Source: Bacteroidales bacterium
GTDB lineage: Bacteria; Bacteroidota; Bacteroidia; Bacteroidales; UBA932
Reading direction: 5' to 3'
DNA length: 64,000 nucleotides
NCBI GenBank assembly: GCA_031548545.1
Contig: JAVBQY010000003.1
Span: forward strand, 6,899-70,898
In this document: positions 39,801-50,000 of the stretch, piece after piece
How positions within the stretch are numbered: position 1 is the stretch's first letter
Layout: every line of letters begins with the position of its first letter
Notes under the pieces: model-generated
Databases searched by the model: none
What the model was told of the DNA's origin: nothing
The model's input: only the letters and a program-made list of their open reading frames with translations
Position numbers and translations under genes: made by a program

Positions 39801-42800
39801 GGTAGGTACGACATTCATCGACATATATGAACCTTCAATAAGCAGATTTACAGGTAGCCAACCAAACGTCTGATAACTGGCATATACACTGGTTTCCTGT
39901 GAACCTCTTAATGCCGTAGAAGGAATTATACGCGCTCCCGCTCCTCCAACCTTTGTAAACACCACATAAAAATTACCGGAGACCACGGCCGGTTTCGGAA
40001 AAGTAACCGTAGTATAACCATTCGTCGAAGGCGTAACAGTAGCGCTGGCCAGCAATGCCCCGACAGTACCCGGAAGATCCGAATACGGGCTGGGCATTTC
40101 AGCATGGACGGCTACTTTTACGGTCACCGTACCCGCAACATTAAATGAATAAAACTTAACAGAAGGAATTTCTCCGGGCGAAGTATTGACAAAACGTTCG
40201 GCAATACCCTGAGGAAATGTCGTATAATTATCACCCACGGCCGTCATAAACACATTCTGGGCGGATTGATAGAAGTAGAGTGCACTTTCATCACCGTAAA
40301 CATTCCAAATGTCGGCCGTACCCCCTACCTGTACGTGCTTTTCGCTCGTGGTATCAACGGTGGCTGCCAGATTAGACACTTCCAGGGAAACATCATGATA
40401 CACCGTGGCGGAAGCAGCCGGATAGGCCGCCACATAGCTGGCGGCAGTAGAAGAGGCTGGAGATCCGCCCGGGGTGCTCCATTTCCAGGACGTAGGGTAG
40501 TTTTTCGACACATCCAGGTAAAAGACCTGTCCGCCATTGCGTGGCAAAGATTGGCCGCGCGATTGCGTATTCCAACCCGTAGAAACGGAAATGAAGTCTA
40601 TGTCCGGAGTAACCGCTTTTACCTCAATGGCATTTTCCAATGTTTTCACATCTTCGCCTTCGGTGTTTTTCACCTTCAGCGTAACATTATAGGTGCCCTG
40701 ATGCATATACACTGTCTCCGGATTGGAGAGCGTGCTGGCTGTCATTTCAGCTCCCGGCATGGACCAATCCCACAGCACCACAGGACCTCCAGTAGTTTTA
40801 TCTGTAAAAATAACTTTATCGCCCTCATTTATCGTAATAGGGGCCGTAGCGCCATTCATGGCAAAAGCGGCGACAGGACGTACGACATCCACCTCATGGG
40901 TAAATTTAATATTGGGGCGGTAGTCATATAAGGTAGACGTTGAGGCGCCGGAAATATCCAGGGCCGCAGTCGCTGCCCAATAACGAAGTTTCCCGGTCGC
41001 CGGCGTATAAGGCGTTAGCGGATTACGCGTAGCGTCTGTGGGGTATTCCGTTTCTACAATAACCAGCAAGGCGCTGGCGCCGTCATAAGTAAACGAGCCT
41101 GCATTAAAGGGGAAAGAAGCATACACACCTGCCGGATTGGTATAATTTTGATATTCGGCCACCTTTACCGCTCCGGCAGAGATTGCCCCATAGGTATTGT
41201 ACGCACCTGAGCTAAGGCTTGACACGGAGGCATCCAGCTGTTTAAGATAAACACGCACCGTACTGGTCGTTATCGTCTGGCTTTCGGAACAATACCATGA
41301 AACGGATGTAATATTATGATTACCTATGCGCTCAATTTCCGCCGGCGTATATAAGGCCGCCGTGTACAATTTAGCCCGGTTAAAACCACTGGTTCCCAAA
41401 GGCAGGGCGCCTTGGGCCGTACCTGTCCCCACAATCAGTTCTTCTTTATTTTTCAACAAGGCGGTTATCGTAACCGTCTTACTGGATTCTTCCGGACTTC
41501 CTGCATTCACCGTTAAGGCAGCGGTATAGGTTCCGGGCACATTATACGTGATCAGCGGCGGTGTTTTGCCGGTAAAACTGGCGGGGGTTCCTCCCTCAAA
41601 AGTCCAGTTCCAGCTGGTGGCGCCATTGGATGCATCTCTGAATGAGATGGACTCCGTCGCATAAAATTCGGTTTTGCTGACCACAAAGCCTGCCGCTACA
41701 GCCCCCGCACGGTAGCCTCCGTTCACATATTCCTCTCCGGAACCCACGGGGTCAAGATAGTCTTTCATCCTTTTTTTCGGATCGGCATTCTGATCATAAT
41801 GATACCATAAAGCGCCGTATATAGAGTTTCCTTTAGGGCTGGCGCAATTCTCCTCCGGGCCGCCGGTCAGGGTGCCCACCACGCGTCCGTTCTGGTCAAA
41901 CAAAGGAGAACCGGAAGCGCCGCCCTGCGTTAAGCCGTGTCCATTGGCGGTAGCCACAAAGAGCGCCTGCCAATAAGCGCCGGTCGCTCCGACCTCACCA
42001 CTGTTCATTCTGGCCGTATAAGAAACAGCCGGGCTGGTATAGGTAAAAATTTTCTTCACATCCCCGTTAGGATGGCCGATACCCACGCCCGATTGAGGCG
42101 CTACCCGCCTCCTGTCCCAGCCATTATAATACACTCCGTAATTTTCCGGAATACGGTCGTTCAACTGCAACAGGCTGCCGTCGGAGCCTCCGTGTACCTG
42201 AATTTGCGTTAACATCGTAGCGCCGACAATCGTATTATTTTGAGACGTCGTATAGGTTCCCGGATTAGGGTCATAGTCGTCTTTACAGCCCGCCACTTCA
42301 TAGTTAAAATAATAGATGGCCTTATTCATGTCGGCGGCGGTTTGTCCGTCATAACAGTGGAAGGCGCTTAAGAATATAGGATCAAGGTTACGCGCGGTAT
42401 TGTTGATAATAGTTCCGCTACACAAACCGTAACCGCCGCCGGCTATCGGCGTCAAAATACGCGCCACCCCTCTTTTCTGGTCTTGCCAGTTATCTCCTTC
42501 CGGACAGTTAACATTCACCTGGCAGGCCAGGGTGCCGACAAAGCGGATATGCAACTGATCTCCGTCGGCAGACAAATCCATGTGATTATAACCATAACCG
42601 ATAGATGCGATGACTAACTGCAAAGCGCCTGCTTTATCGGTTGTTCGTACAGGAGGGACATACTCCAGGGTAATTTGGTCACCGGGAAGCGGCTGTGTGG
42701 CATACTCCTGCCGTTTAGGGTTGGTGTTGGAGGTAAAGGCGCCTATCACCTGGCCTTTGGCCGCATTATACAAGAAAAGGTGGCCACCCTCCGGGATAAT

Positions 42801-43178
42801 AAACTTATCATAGGTCAGCAACAAGGCAATGGCATTGGGCACTTTCAGCGTCAGGCGCCAAATAGACTGCCCGTTGGGAAGCACGGTCCATTCTCCGGAG
42901 TTTTCCGGTGTAAGGTGAACCGGAATTTCATAAAAGGCACGGGGAGGCATCCCCGCAGCTTCCCGGATCTTGTCTTCCGCTTTCAAAGCGGCGACATCAA
43001 AGTCAGGCTGCACGTGACGCAGCTGTTGCGCGCTCATCGGCGCAATGCCCGGATGTAAGAAACTGGGAGGTGTTCCGCCTTCGCTGATTTGCGCCCCCAG
43101 AGAGAGGGTGCAGCAAAGAGAAAGGCAAACCAAAAGGTATTTTAGAAAAAAGAGTCGTCTGTTCATGGTATTTTTCAT
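36873..43178 (-). CDS. Giant T9SS-secreted mosaic protein: lysyl-endopeptidase-like S1 serine protease, PKD repeats, BACON-like, choice-of-anchor-J/cleaved-adhesin-like, MBG-like and Ig-like domains, type-A T9SS C-terminal sorting domain
   Basis: 2101 aa with signal peptide. Catalytic triad candidates His274 (SAFHCY, nt 42357-42359), Asp333 (GSDGSLLQL, 42180-42182), Ser422 (GGASGSPLF, 41913-41915). PKD-like WNWTFEGG / WDWSMPG / WKWSTPGG modules. BACON-like SWKASTTDSWIQL...VVVKQ. NDWMISPELNL...FRVLYSTTG...MIDDISIG. C-terminal VYPNPVNAGG...GLYLIQL...KLLVQ. Confidence 0.9.
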   Translation of the reverse strand: MKNTMNRRLFFLKYLLVCLSLCCTLSLGAQISEGGTPPSFLHPGIAPMSAQQLRHVQPDFDVAALKAEDKIREAAGMPPRAFYEIPVHLTPENSGEWTVLPNGQSIWRLTLKVPNAIALLLTYDKFIIPEGGHLFLYNAAKGQVIGAFTSNTNPKRQEYATQPLPGDQITLEYVPPVRTTDKAGALQLVIASIGYGYNHMDLSADGDQLHIRFVGTLACQVNVNCPEGDNWQDQKRGVARILTPIAGGGYGLCSGTIINNTARNLDPIFLSAFHCYDGQTAADMNKAIYYFNYEVAGCKDDYDPNPGTYTTSQNNTIVGATMLTQIQVHGGSDGSLLQLNDRIPENYGVYYNGWDRRRVAPQSGVGIGHPNGDVKKIFTYTSPAVSYTARMNSGEVGATGAYWQALFVATANGHGLTQGGASGSPLFDQNGRVVGTLTGGPEENCASPKGNSIYGALWYHYDQNADPKKRMKDYLDPVGSGEEYVNGGYRAGAVAAGFVVSKTEFYATESISFRDASNGATSWNWTFEGGTPASFTGKTPPLITYNVPGTYTAALTVNAGSPEESSKTVTITALLKNKEELIVGTGTAQGALPLGTSGFNRAKLYTAALYTPAEIERIGNHNITSVSWYCSESQTITTSTVRVYLKQLDASVSSLSSGAYNTYGAISAGAVKVAEYQNYTNPAGVYASFPFNAGSFTYDGASALLVIVETEYPTDATRNPLTPYTPATGKLRYWAATAALDISGASTSTLYDYRPNIKFTHEVDVVRPVAAFAMNGATAPITINEGDKVIFTDKTTGGPVVLWDWSMPGAEMTASTLSNPETVYMHQGTYNVTLKVKNTEGEDVKTLENAIEVKAVTPDIDFISVSTGWNTQSRGQSLPRNGGQVFYLDVSKNYPTSWKWSTPGGSPASSTAASYVAAYPAASATVYHDVSLEVSNLAATVDTTSEKHVQVGGTADIWNVYGDESALYFYQSAQNVFMTAVGDNYTTFPQGIAERFVNTSPGEIPSVKFYSFNVAGTVTVKVAVHAEMPSPYSDLPGTVGALLASATVTPSTNGYTTVTFPKPAVVSGNFYVVFTKVGGAGARIIPSTALRGSQETSVYASYQTFGWLPVNLLIEGSYMSMNVVPTFTYTFMDLTSPKRMKVGNIDSQGQAITLTSNASSWKASTTDSWIQLDDVSGPVSDEASIRFSCAENKSQLVRSGIINIAAGGNTAAVVVKQAGAAPTALVAEYNDEDQAIDLAWNFERPEFKGVFDNAEAHADFAINAPGTASWTYYDGDDKDTYAFYENVTFTNEYAKMAFMVMSPTKFKDRATGETVDMAAALPDQWAPHSGKKFFACVAATDGVQNNDWMISPELNLESEATVAFWAKSYSSQFSERFRVLYSTTGNAVADFIHVLSQGAYEEAPSGPWTRYSYVLPAEAKHVAINCVSIDAWMLMIDDISIGTGPIPSAALVSAPISAGGAAMPDLTEQRSALQKKMPLNLQALQSDVKLYKKLEGDEGRKLNISHPFKQPLEVIAVSETPVITAQAAVVRKDESDVVLRWDTGRNPTGTGVGLASGGFLEPAIYFTAEDLMLYEGYKLKAVELLVIGRGTDMALNIYRNGELAHTQPLTDLQVHASGDAVFNHIELTTPVDILLGDDLVISYEYIQAPKTGDEAVYVAGIDPTSATINGKGNLIAQSRGQFALLPQSIVGNWNLAAVLTRPDNNKVTFKVYANGASTPLIETDATTYTHVHPPMAQQICYSVAAVYEADADLESSPSEDTCVISKSVLTITADNKTMVENDAIPELTGTVSGPLFDGHAVTDVLDMTTFIAVVSGQSKAGVYPIATVVENALPEMYIMKPLPGRLTITPIPTLLATQPEEVKACIGEPASFMVTASGLELKYQWQKKDNAIWQDIDGATASSFAINAVTVADAAIYRVIVSGRSAVTISREVALIVGMPEEEVIAYEWSEMPTVNCNPVTNGGFHYTAFQWYRNGLAIAGATKPYISVPDGDAGVYRCEMQTDKGYKLAVCDFAPQTPSNALSVYPNPVNAGGQVTVNFKAGQSGSVMNVYNMSGGIEKANIPVTGTVTSVDVSGLMPGLYLIQLVDVDGNKQTSKLLVQ

Positions 43179-43181
43179 TTT

Positions 43182-44027
43182 TTATAAACCGAATGTCAAG
43201 CGAAGATTAAGACCCACAGCCATTGGCCGGAATGCGGAAACCAATCCGGTATCCAAGGCTCCTGAAGAATAAGTATATTTCGGCGGAGAAGACGTCAATG
43301 TCGAATTATCTTCGGCAAATGTCACCAGTGCTGCATCCGACTTCTTTTGCATATTATTCAGGCCATAGTTAAAATATAAACCTGCATAAAAGCTCATTCT
43401 TTCAGTAAGGGATAAACGGTATCCGGCTTCCAAATGCAATTGTACGGCTATGTTCGCTTCATAAGAGCCCGAATATTCTTTTACGCCCTTAGGGGTATTC
43501 GGGGCAAACAAGGCGTCTATATTATACTCGACGGCCTCATAATCCAGGTACACAGCATTGGTTTGGTGTCCTGCCGCCTGCGCCGTATAGTTCGTACTTA
43601 CCGGAATACCGATTTTACAGCCGCCGGCAAACTGAAAGGCGTGCTTATCTGCCAAAGGCAGGGTATAACGGCCCAACAAAGGAATTTCCAGCATCAACAA
43701 CGACTGCTTTTCAGTAAAGCCCGACAGGGTATAATCAAAACGGCCGGCAGCCTGCTGAGCGCTCAGCGAGGCCTTATTCATACGAAGTTCGGCGCCGTAA
43801 TAAGACATATCGATTCCTGAAAGGAGGCTCCACGATGTATTAAAATTATAGGCATAGCCCACTCCGCCGCCGCCGCCGAAACCATTAGACAAAGTAGCTC
43901 CGTCGACACTATAACTCAGTGTCTGGAGGCCGCCAAAGCCATTTACAGATAACTCATGCTTGTTTTGGCCGTTCACCGTATTTCCGATAAGTAATGAAAG
44001 GCCTATTATTATAATTAATCTTCTCAT
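43182..44027 (-). CDS. Small outer-membrane beta-barrel protein (paralog of 36030-36854)
   Basis: 281 aa with signal peptide. Starts HELSVNGFGGLQTLSYSV and ends VGLNLRLTFGL. Collinear with the other barrel protein. 21 nt downstream of the 1993-aa cargo gene and 3 nt upstream of the 2101-aa gene. Confidence 0.8.
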   Translation of the reverse strand: MRRLIIIIGLSLLIGNTVNGQNKHELSVNGFGGLQTLSYSVDGATLSNGFGGGGGVGYAYNFNTSWSLLSGIDMSYYGAELRMNKASLSAQQAAGRFDYTLSGFTEKQSLLMLEIPLLGRYTLPLADKHAFQFAGGCKIGIPVSTNYTAQAAGHQTNAVYLDYEAVEYNIDALFAPNTPKGVKEYSGSYEANIAVQLHLEAGYRLSLTERMSFYAGLYFNYGLNNMQKKSDAALVTFAEDNSTLTSSPPKYTYSSGALDTGLVSAFRPMAVGLNLRLTFGL

Positions 44028-44048
44028 AATGCTATTTCTTTAAACACA

Positions 44049-47000
44049 TTAATACACAACAATTTTCTGCGTTTCTACAGTTCCGTCGGGCAACTGTATC
44101 TGTAAGAGATAAACGCCCATATTTTCCGGAGGAGTAATACTGTCCGAAACATCAGCATAATGCCGTATCAACTTACCGGCAAGGTCATAGACCGAAACGT
44201 TCACCTTGCTGACGCCTTCCGGCAGAGAAAGGCTCAACAATGCTCCGGCGGCTACCGGATTAGGATATACGGTTATTCCGGTCGCATGTTGCACCACCTG
44301 GCTCCTGCAGGTATGATGCCATTGGCCGGTTGACTGCATGCGTACATCGGCATAATAACTGTTGCGGTCATTATTGAAGGCAATATAATTATCTGTTTCC
44401 AAGACTTCCGTACTGCCGTCACGGTACCATTTGAAAGCGTCAAAGGTATATCCGCCGTTATTGAGCGGGTTATTGACAATAGCCAGGGTCTTGCCCCAAC
44501 GTTCAACATACAATGGTTTGGCCGTACTACCCAACGCCTCAGAGACAACCAGCCTATAACTCATGCTTCCGACAGAAGGCACGGTCGCTGTAATTACAAT
44601 ATCGGCCTTGTGTTTATCGAATACGAGCTGCTTCGGCGTACCTGTGGTATAAGGATCTCCGTTAATTTTAATATCGCCGGCGCCATTAATAGAAAGCATG
44701 ATGCTATTGTCACCGCAGGCAGCCATGTATTGCATGTGGTCATCAACAGCCAGGGGCTCATTGTTAATCGTAATGCCGGTCACCTCCGGAGTCTGCCTAA
44801 CGAATACCACTTCAATAAGATGGTTCGCAGCCACGTTCGTAAAGGTATAATAAGCATTCTCTACGGCAGTGGAATTATTGCTGCCGTCAATCAGGACTTC
44901 CGCAATGCGGTAATAATTATCGGGGATGATGACAAAGTTCTTGGTAGCCCCATGGTTTACAGTCACCGACCCGGCGGGTAAAATAGTACCGCCAACGCCG
45001 GCTGTAGCCGTAAGGACATAAGTAAGGCGTTCAAATGTCGCTTCGATGGTATGGTCGGCCGATATCGCCGTAAAGGCATACGTACCGCTGCTCACCGCCG
45101 CTGCATTATTGACCCCGTCAATCAATACCTGTGCAATCTTATAGCCGGTAGCGGGCTTAATGGTGTAGCTGCTATTGGTACCATGCGCCCGGGTCAATAC
45201 ACCAGCCGGAGTTATAGTACCACCGGCTCCGGCTGTGGCCGTTATCGTATAAGTCAATTGAGAGAAACTTGCGGCAATCGTATGGTCGGCGGTGATATTG
45301 GCGAAGGTATAGCTGGCAGCAGTAACCGCTGCGGCATTGTCCACACCGTCAATCAGGACAGACTGCAGTTTATAGCCGGCATCCGGCACTATGCTATAAC
45401 TTTGGCTACTGCCGTAATCGGCCGTCAGGGTTCCGGCCGGAACAATCGTTCCGCCATTACCGGCCGTTGCATTGAGGGTGTAGGTAAGCAGGGTAAAGGC
45501 CGCTTCGATGGTATGGCTGGTATTGATATCGGTAAAAGTATAACTACCGGCGGTTACGGCGGCTGCATTATCAAGGCCGTCCACCAGCACGCGGCTTAGC
45601 CTGTAGCCGGTATTGGGCGTAAAGGTATAGCTTTGCGCCGAGCCATGGGACACGGACAAGGTGCCGGACGGTGAAATACTACCGTTCAAATCACTTGTAG
45701 CGGTTATGGTGTAGGTCATCGGAGTAAAAGAAGCGTCGATGGAATGATTTTCATTGATATTCGTAAACGTATAGGTATAGGAACTATTGGCTACAGCCAA
45801 AGGATCCGGAACGCCATCTACCAATACGTTGCCGATACTGAAGCCTGTATTGGCCGTAATGACAAAAGATTTATCATCACCGGCCAGGGCTCCCACCGCA
45901 CCGGAAGGAGTGATTGCACCACCGTGACCGGCCGTAGCAGCAATCGTATACTGAGATGACATAAAAGAAGCAGTTATGGTATGTGCGGCGTCTACATTTG
46001 TAAAGGTATAATGACCGGCAGCTACAGCCGAAGGAGTGTTTACTCCGTCGACCAACACTTCACTGATGGCATAAGCAGGGTCTGCTGTTATTTGGAACGC
46101 CTGGTCACGGCCTTCATATACGGGGGTTGCACCGGCTGGGCTTATTGAACCGCCGGCTCCGGCTGAAGAAGAAATCATATGCGTTACCGGTTCCACACGG
46201 ATATTGTCAATATAAATATCGGTACCCACTAAGCCAATAGCCTCAAACACCAATCGTCCCATAGTCATCTGCGAACAATCCAAGGTAACGGTATATTCAT
46301 ACCAGCCTATAGCAGGGGCCGCAGGCTCCAGATGCCTGTTCCGCCTTACGGTCAGCACCGGGGTCTGATCAGTATACACACCGTATTTATCTGTTAAATA
46401 GACATTCACCCGGTCGTCTTTCATACTGTTCCCCTCATCACGGTACATATAAAATTTTAACACGTAATTATTGCCGCTAAAATCAAGTACCGGAAGGGTA
46501 AGGGCTACACGGGTCCCGCTTTTAGCTAAAAAACTATTAAAGCCTAACATCCCGGCGCCGGACTGCGGGTAACAGTTCTGGGGAAAGCCCATGGTCTTGG
46601 TTACATTTTCCCAAAAAACCGTTTCGGTCGTTTCATTCTTATAACATTGTTTAATAAAAACTTTTCTTTCATCGGGCTGAATATCATCGAAGCCTTCAAC
46701 AAAAGGAAGCGCCCTCGGGGTCATACAGGGAGACTCACTCACCACAATTTCCTGCTCCACAGGAGCCGACTCGCAATAGTTGTCATACACCACGGATACA
46801 CCGTAGTTATAGCTTCCGGGCAAGGCCGATTCATCTTTCAGGATGTTATCGAAAACCGGATTCACATTAAGTTTCACACCGTTCCTGTAAACATTAAATC
46901 CTTTGCGGTTAATATCTTCAGCGCCGGCTAAAGCGCCTATACACCAACTACCGCGGGCGATCTGAGCAGAAAGAGGAGCCCAGGACTGGCCGTCGTAAAT

Positions 47001-50000
47001 CATATCCGATTTACCTTTCAATGCTTCGTCCACAATATTATCATAAGCGGCCGGCTTTCCGGCAGCCGTCATATTACAACGAATGCCTATCCATAAATGC
47101 TGGGCGGGATTAATTACCGGAGGCTGGGCAAGACGAATCATGTTCCATTGCCCAATAGTCAATGTTTCTGTAATAACAGGCTGATCAACAAGCAGTGTAC
47201 CGGGCTCGGTTTCCGAACCTCCTTGCCAGATACGGATACTATAATTACAATTTTTGTCTGCCGGAATAAATTTCACCACCGTGATTTTTTCACCGTCCAT
47301 TGCCGTTAAGTCCGCCGGCTCCCAACGGGACGCAATCATAAAATCAATAGCCTGCGGCTGACCGATAGACCCTTCCATGGAAGATCCGCTATAAGCCAGC
47401 GTGTGCTCTTGCGTAGGTGATTTCCACTCCAGTCCTACGGTATACCAGTCGGGATCAGCAGGTGGAATAAGGGTAAGGCTCTTCACCGGCTCACCGCAAC
47501 GATCCACCACTAAAAGCTCCGGTGTCACTATCCGCTTGGATACCCCACAGAAATTATTATAAACGGCTTCCACCTCGTAGGTATAAGGACCCAGCGCCAA
47601 GGCAGCATCCGTGTAGCTTGTCGCCGTCACCGCAGCGGCCAACAACACATTATTTCTATATACACTGTAATGTAACAGGTTTTCCGTCCGGGCCGGCGCT
47701 GCCCAGCTCAGCTGTACGCTTCGGTCATTGACGGAATACTCCAATTCCCTTACCGGATCACATTTATCGGAAGTATATACGGAAATTTCATCCAACATAA
47801 CACCATAACCGGCATTATTCACCCCCTCAAAAGCAATCCAATAAGTTTCAGACGCTCCGGGCAGGTCTATCACACGTTCCGTCCATTCCGGCACATTGCC
47901 GGTATAAGTCGCCAACAAGGTCCATTTGGCGGTAGGCGAGTTTTTATAATAGACCCTTAATTCGTCCTGGTTTGTATTATACGCCTTTTGCGCATGCCAG
48001 AAAGTAAGGATGGGCCGTGCTACCAATGACAGATTGATGGCCGGTAATATTAATTTTGTAGTTTCCCCTTTCAGGTAAGAGTGAAAATACATTTTGTAAG
48101 CGCCGGACTTTGCCGTAGTAGGTTGTCCGCTCGTTGCATTGACAACCTCCCAGGGCGCATTGCCCAACATGTAATCATTGATCCAGCAAGCAGGGAGTGC
48201 CCTGGTATTGAAATTTTCCTCATATGGAAATACCGTAATACGGGGTGCGCATTCCTCGGGTGTTATCGCAACGGTTTTGACTACCGGGCTGGATTCGCAA
48301 TTGTCATTCCATACAGCCGTTACGGCATACACCGTATTTCCGGCAGCTGTCGCCAGATCAAGGTACTCCGTGGCGGTCACCAATGCCGGATTGACTTTCT
48401 CCCCATTTCGGTAAATATTATAACCGGCCACCCCATCATAGCCCTCCCAGATCAGCTGTACGTTCTTCCAGTTAGGATAGTTGACTACAAACTCAAGATT
48501 TTTAGGCGCTGCACAGATAGACAGCGGACCGCCGATCTGAATATCATCAATATATAAATTATTTCCGCCATTGCTCACCACTTCAAAGAATACATATCCG
48601 GCGGTTAAAGTAGCCGAAGACAAGGCAACCCTATAATCATACCAGCCGTCTTTCAGTACTGCCGGGGCTTTGGCTGCGCTCCTGTTAAAAGTCTGCACCG
48701 GGGAAAGGCCGGCAATGCTCTTGGTCGGGCTCACATATACATTCACCCGGTCCACAGAGTCCGGAAGCGCAAAATTACGATATAACTTAAAGGAAACCAG
48801 GCAATCAGCATTACTAAAATCCAGGTATGGAGAACGCAGCACGCTCTTGGCCCCCTTAGTGTAAGCCGGGCAGTTAAAGCGCAACATTTTTGAACCGGAG
48901 GCCGGAGTACAAGCCGGATTGGTACCGGAGGAGACCAACTCCCAAACCGCATCAAGCTTTCCGGAAATATTCCAGCAGGAAGAGGCAAAATCACCATCAA
49001 AATTTTCTACCACCGGCAAAGCAAGCGGAGCTACACAGGGGTCATCCGGCATCACCACCGAATAGGTGGAAGCCGGCGACTCACATTCAACCGGATTGCC
49101 ATAAAGCGCCGTAACACCATAAACATAAGTTCCCGGCCCGGAGACTTCCGTATTAAAAGTACGGTCTGTAACCATGGACGTATTTTGTTTAACACCATCT
49201 TTAAAAACATTATAACCACTCACCTGCGCTTTTTCACCATACAATTTAAAAGGTAAATTCACCGCCCGCGAACCAGAAGGAGCAAGATTCTCGGTCCAAT
49301 TGGACCAGGTTGTCCGGTTACTGGTGGTCATCGCATTGCCTACCGGCAAAGACAAGTCTGCATGAACAGTCCAAGGCAGGTTTGATTTGGAAGATCCGGC
49401 GGACAACTCTATCCAATAAGTACCGGGAGCCAAGGTACAGCCCATGCTGGCCCTTATATACATTATAGGATAAGAGGGTTGAGTAAGAGTTGCCGCGCTC
49501 ACCCTGAAGCAATTGGTAAATCCGGTCTCCGAGAAATGGTTTAAATCATCACCCCAGATCACCTTACCGCCGGCATTGGGCTTACCGTCCCAAATACGTA
49601 CATAGGCGGCATTAAAGGGCGAAACCAGAGAATAACTTGCAGAGGTATAACCACTTGGATAGGCATAAAACTCAACAAAATCAATCTTGGTTTCGTTGGT
49701 CAGGGTAAAATCATCCGTTACATGTTGGTTATTCCCTTTATTAATAGCCTTACCCTGGATCATCTGGCGCGTATTCATCTTACTGACGTCCGCCCCATTG
49801 AATCCGACCCCTAAATCCGTAACGAAACGTCCGTTATCATAAATTAAGGTCAAACTACTGGCATCACTGGCCGGCACTTCCCAATTAACTGTAAAGTTAA
49901 ACCACTCCGGCTTATGCATATTAACCGTAACGCTTGCAGGTGCATTACAGGTAGACTGAGCCTTAGCCCCCTCTGAGTAAGCCATCGCCAGAAGCAATAT

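Noticed and set aside
44802-46178. Regularly spaced ~231-bp repeats that could be mistaken for a CRISPR-like or satellite array.
   Set aside because: The period is a multiple of 3 and the repeats sit in-frame inside a continuous 1993-aa ORF. There is no short invariant repeat alternating with unique spacers. They are protein domain repeats.
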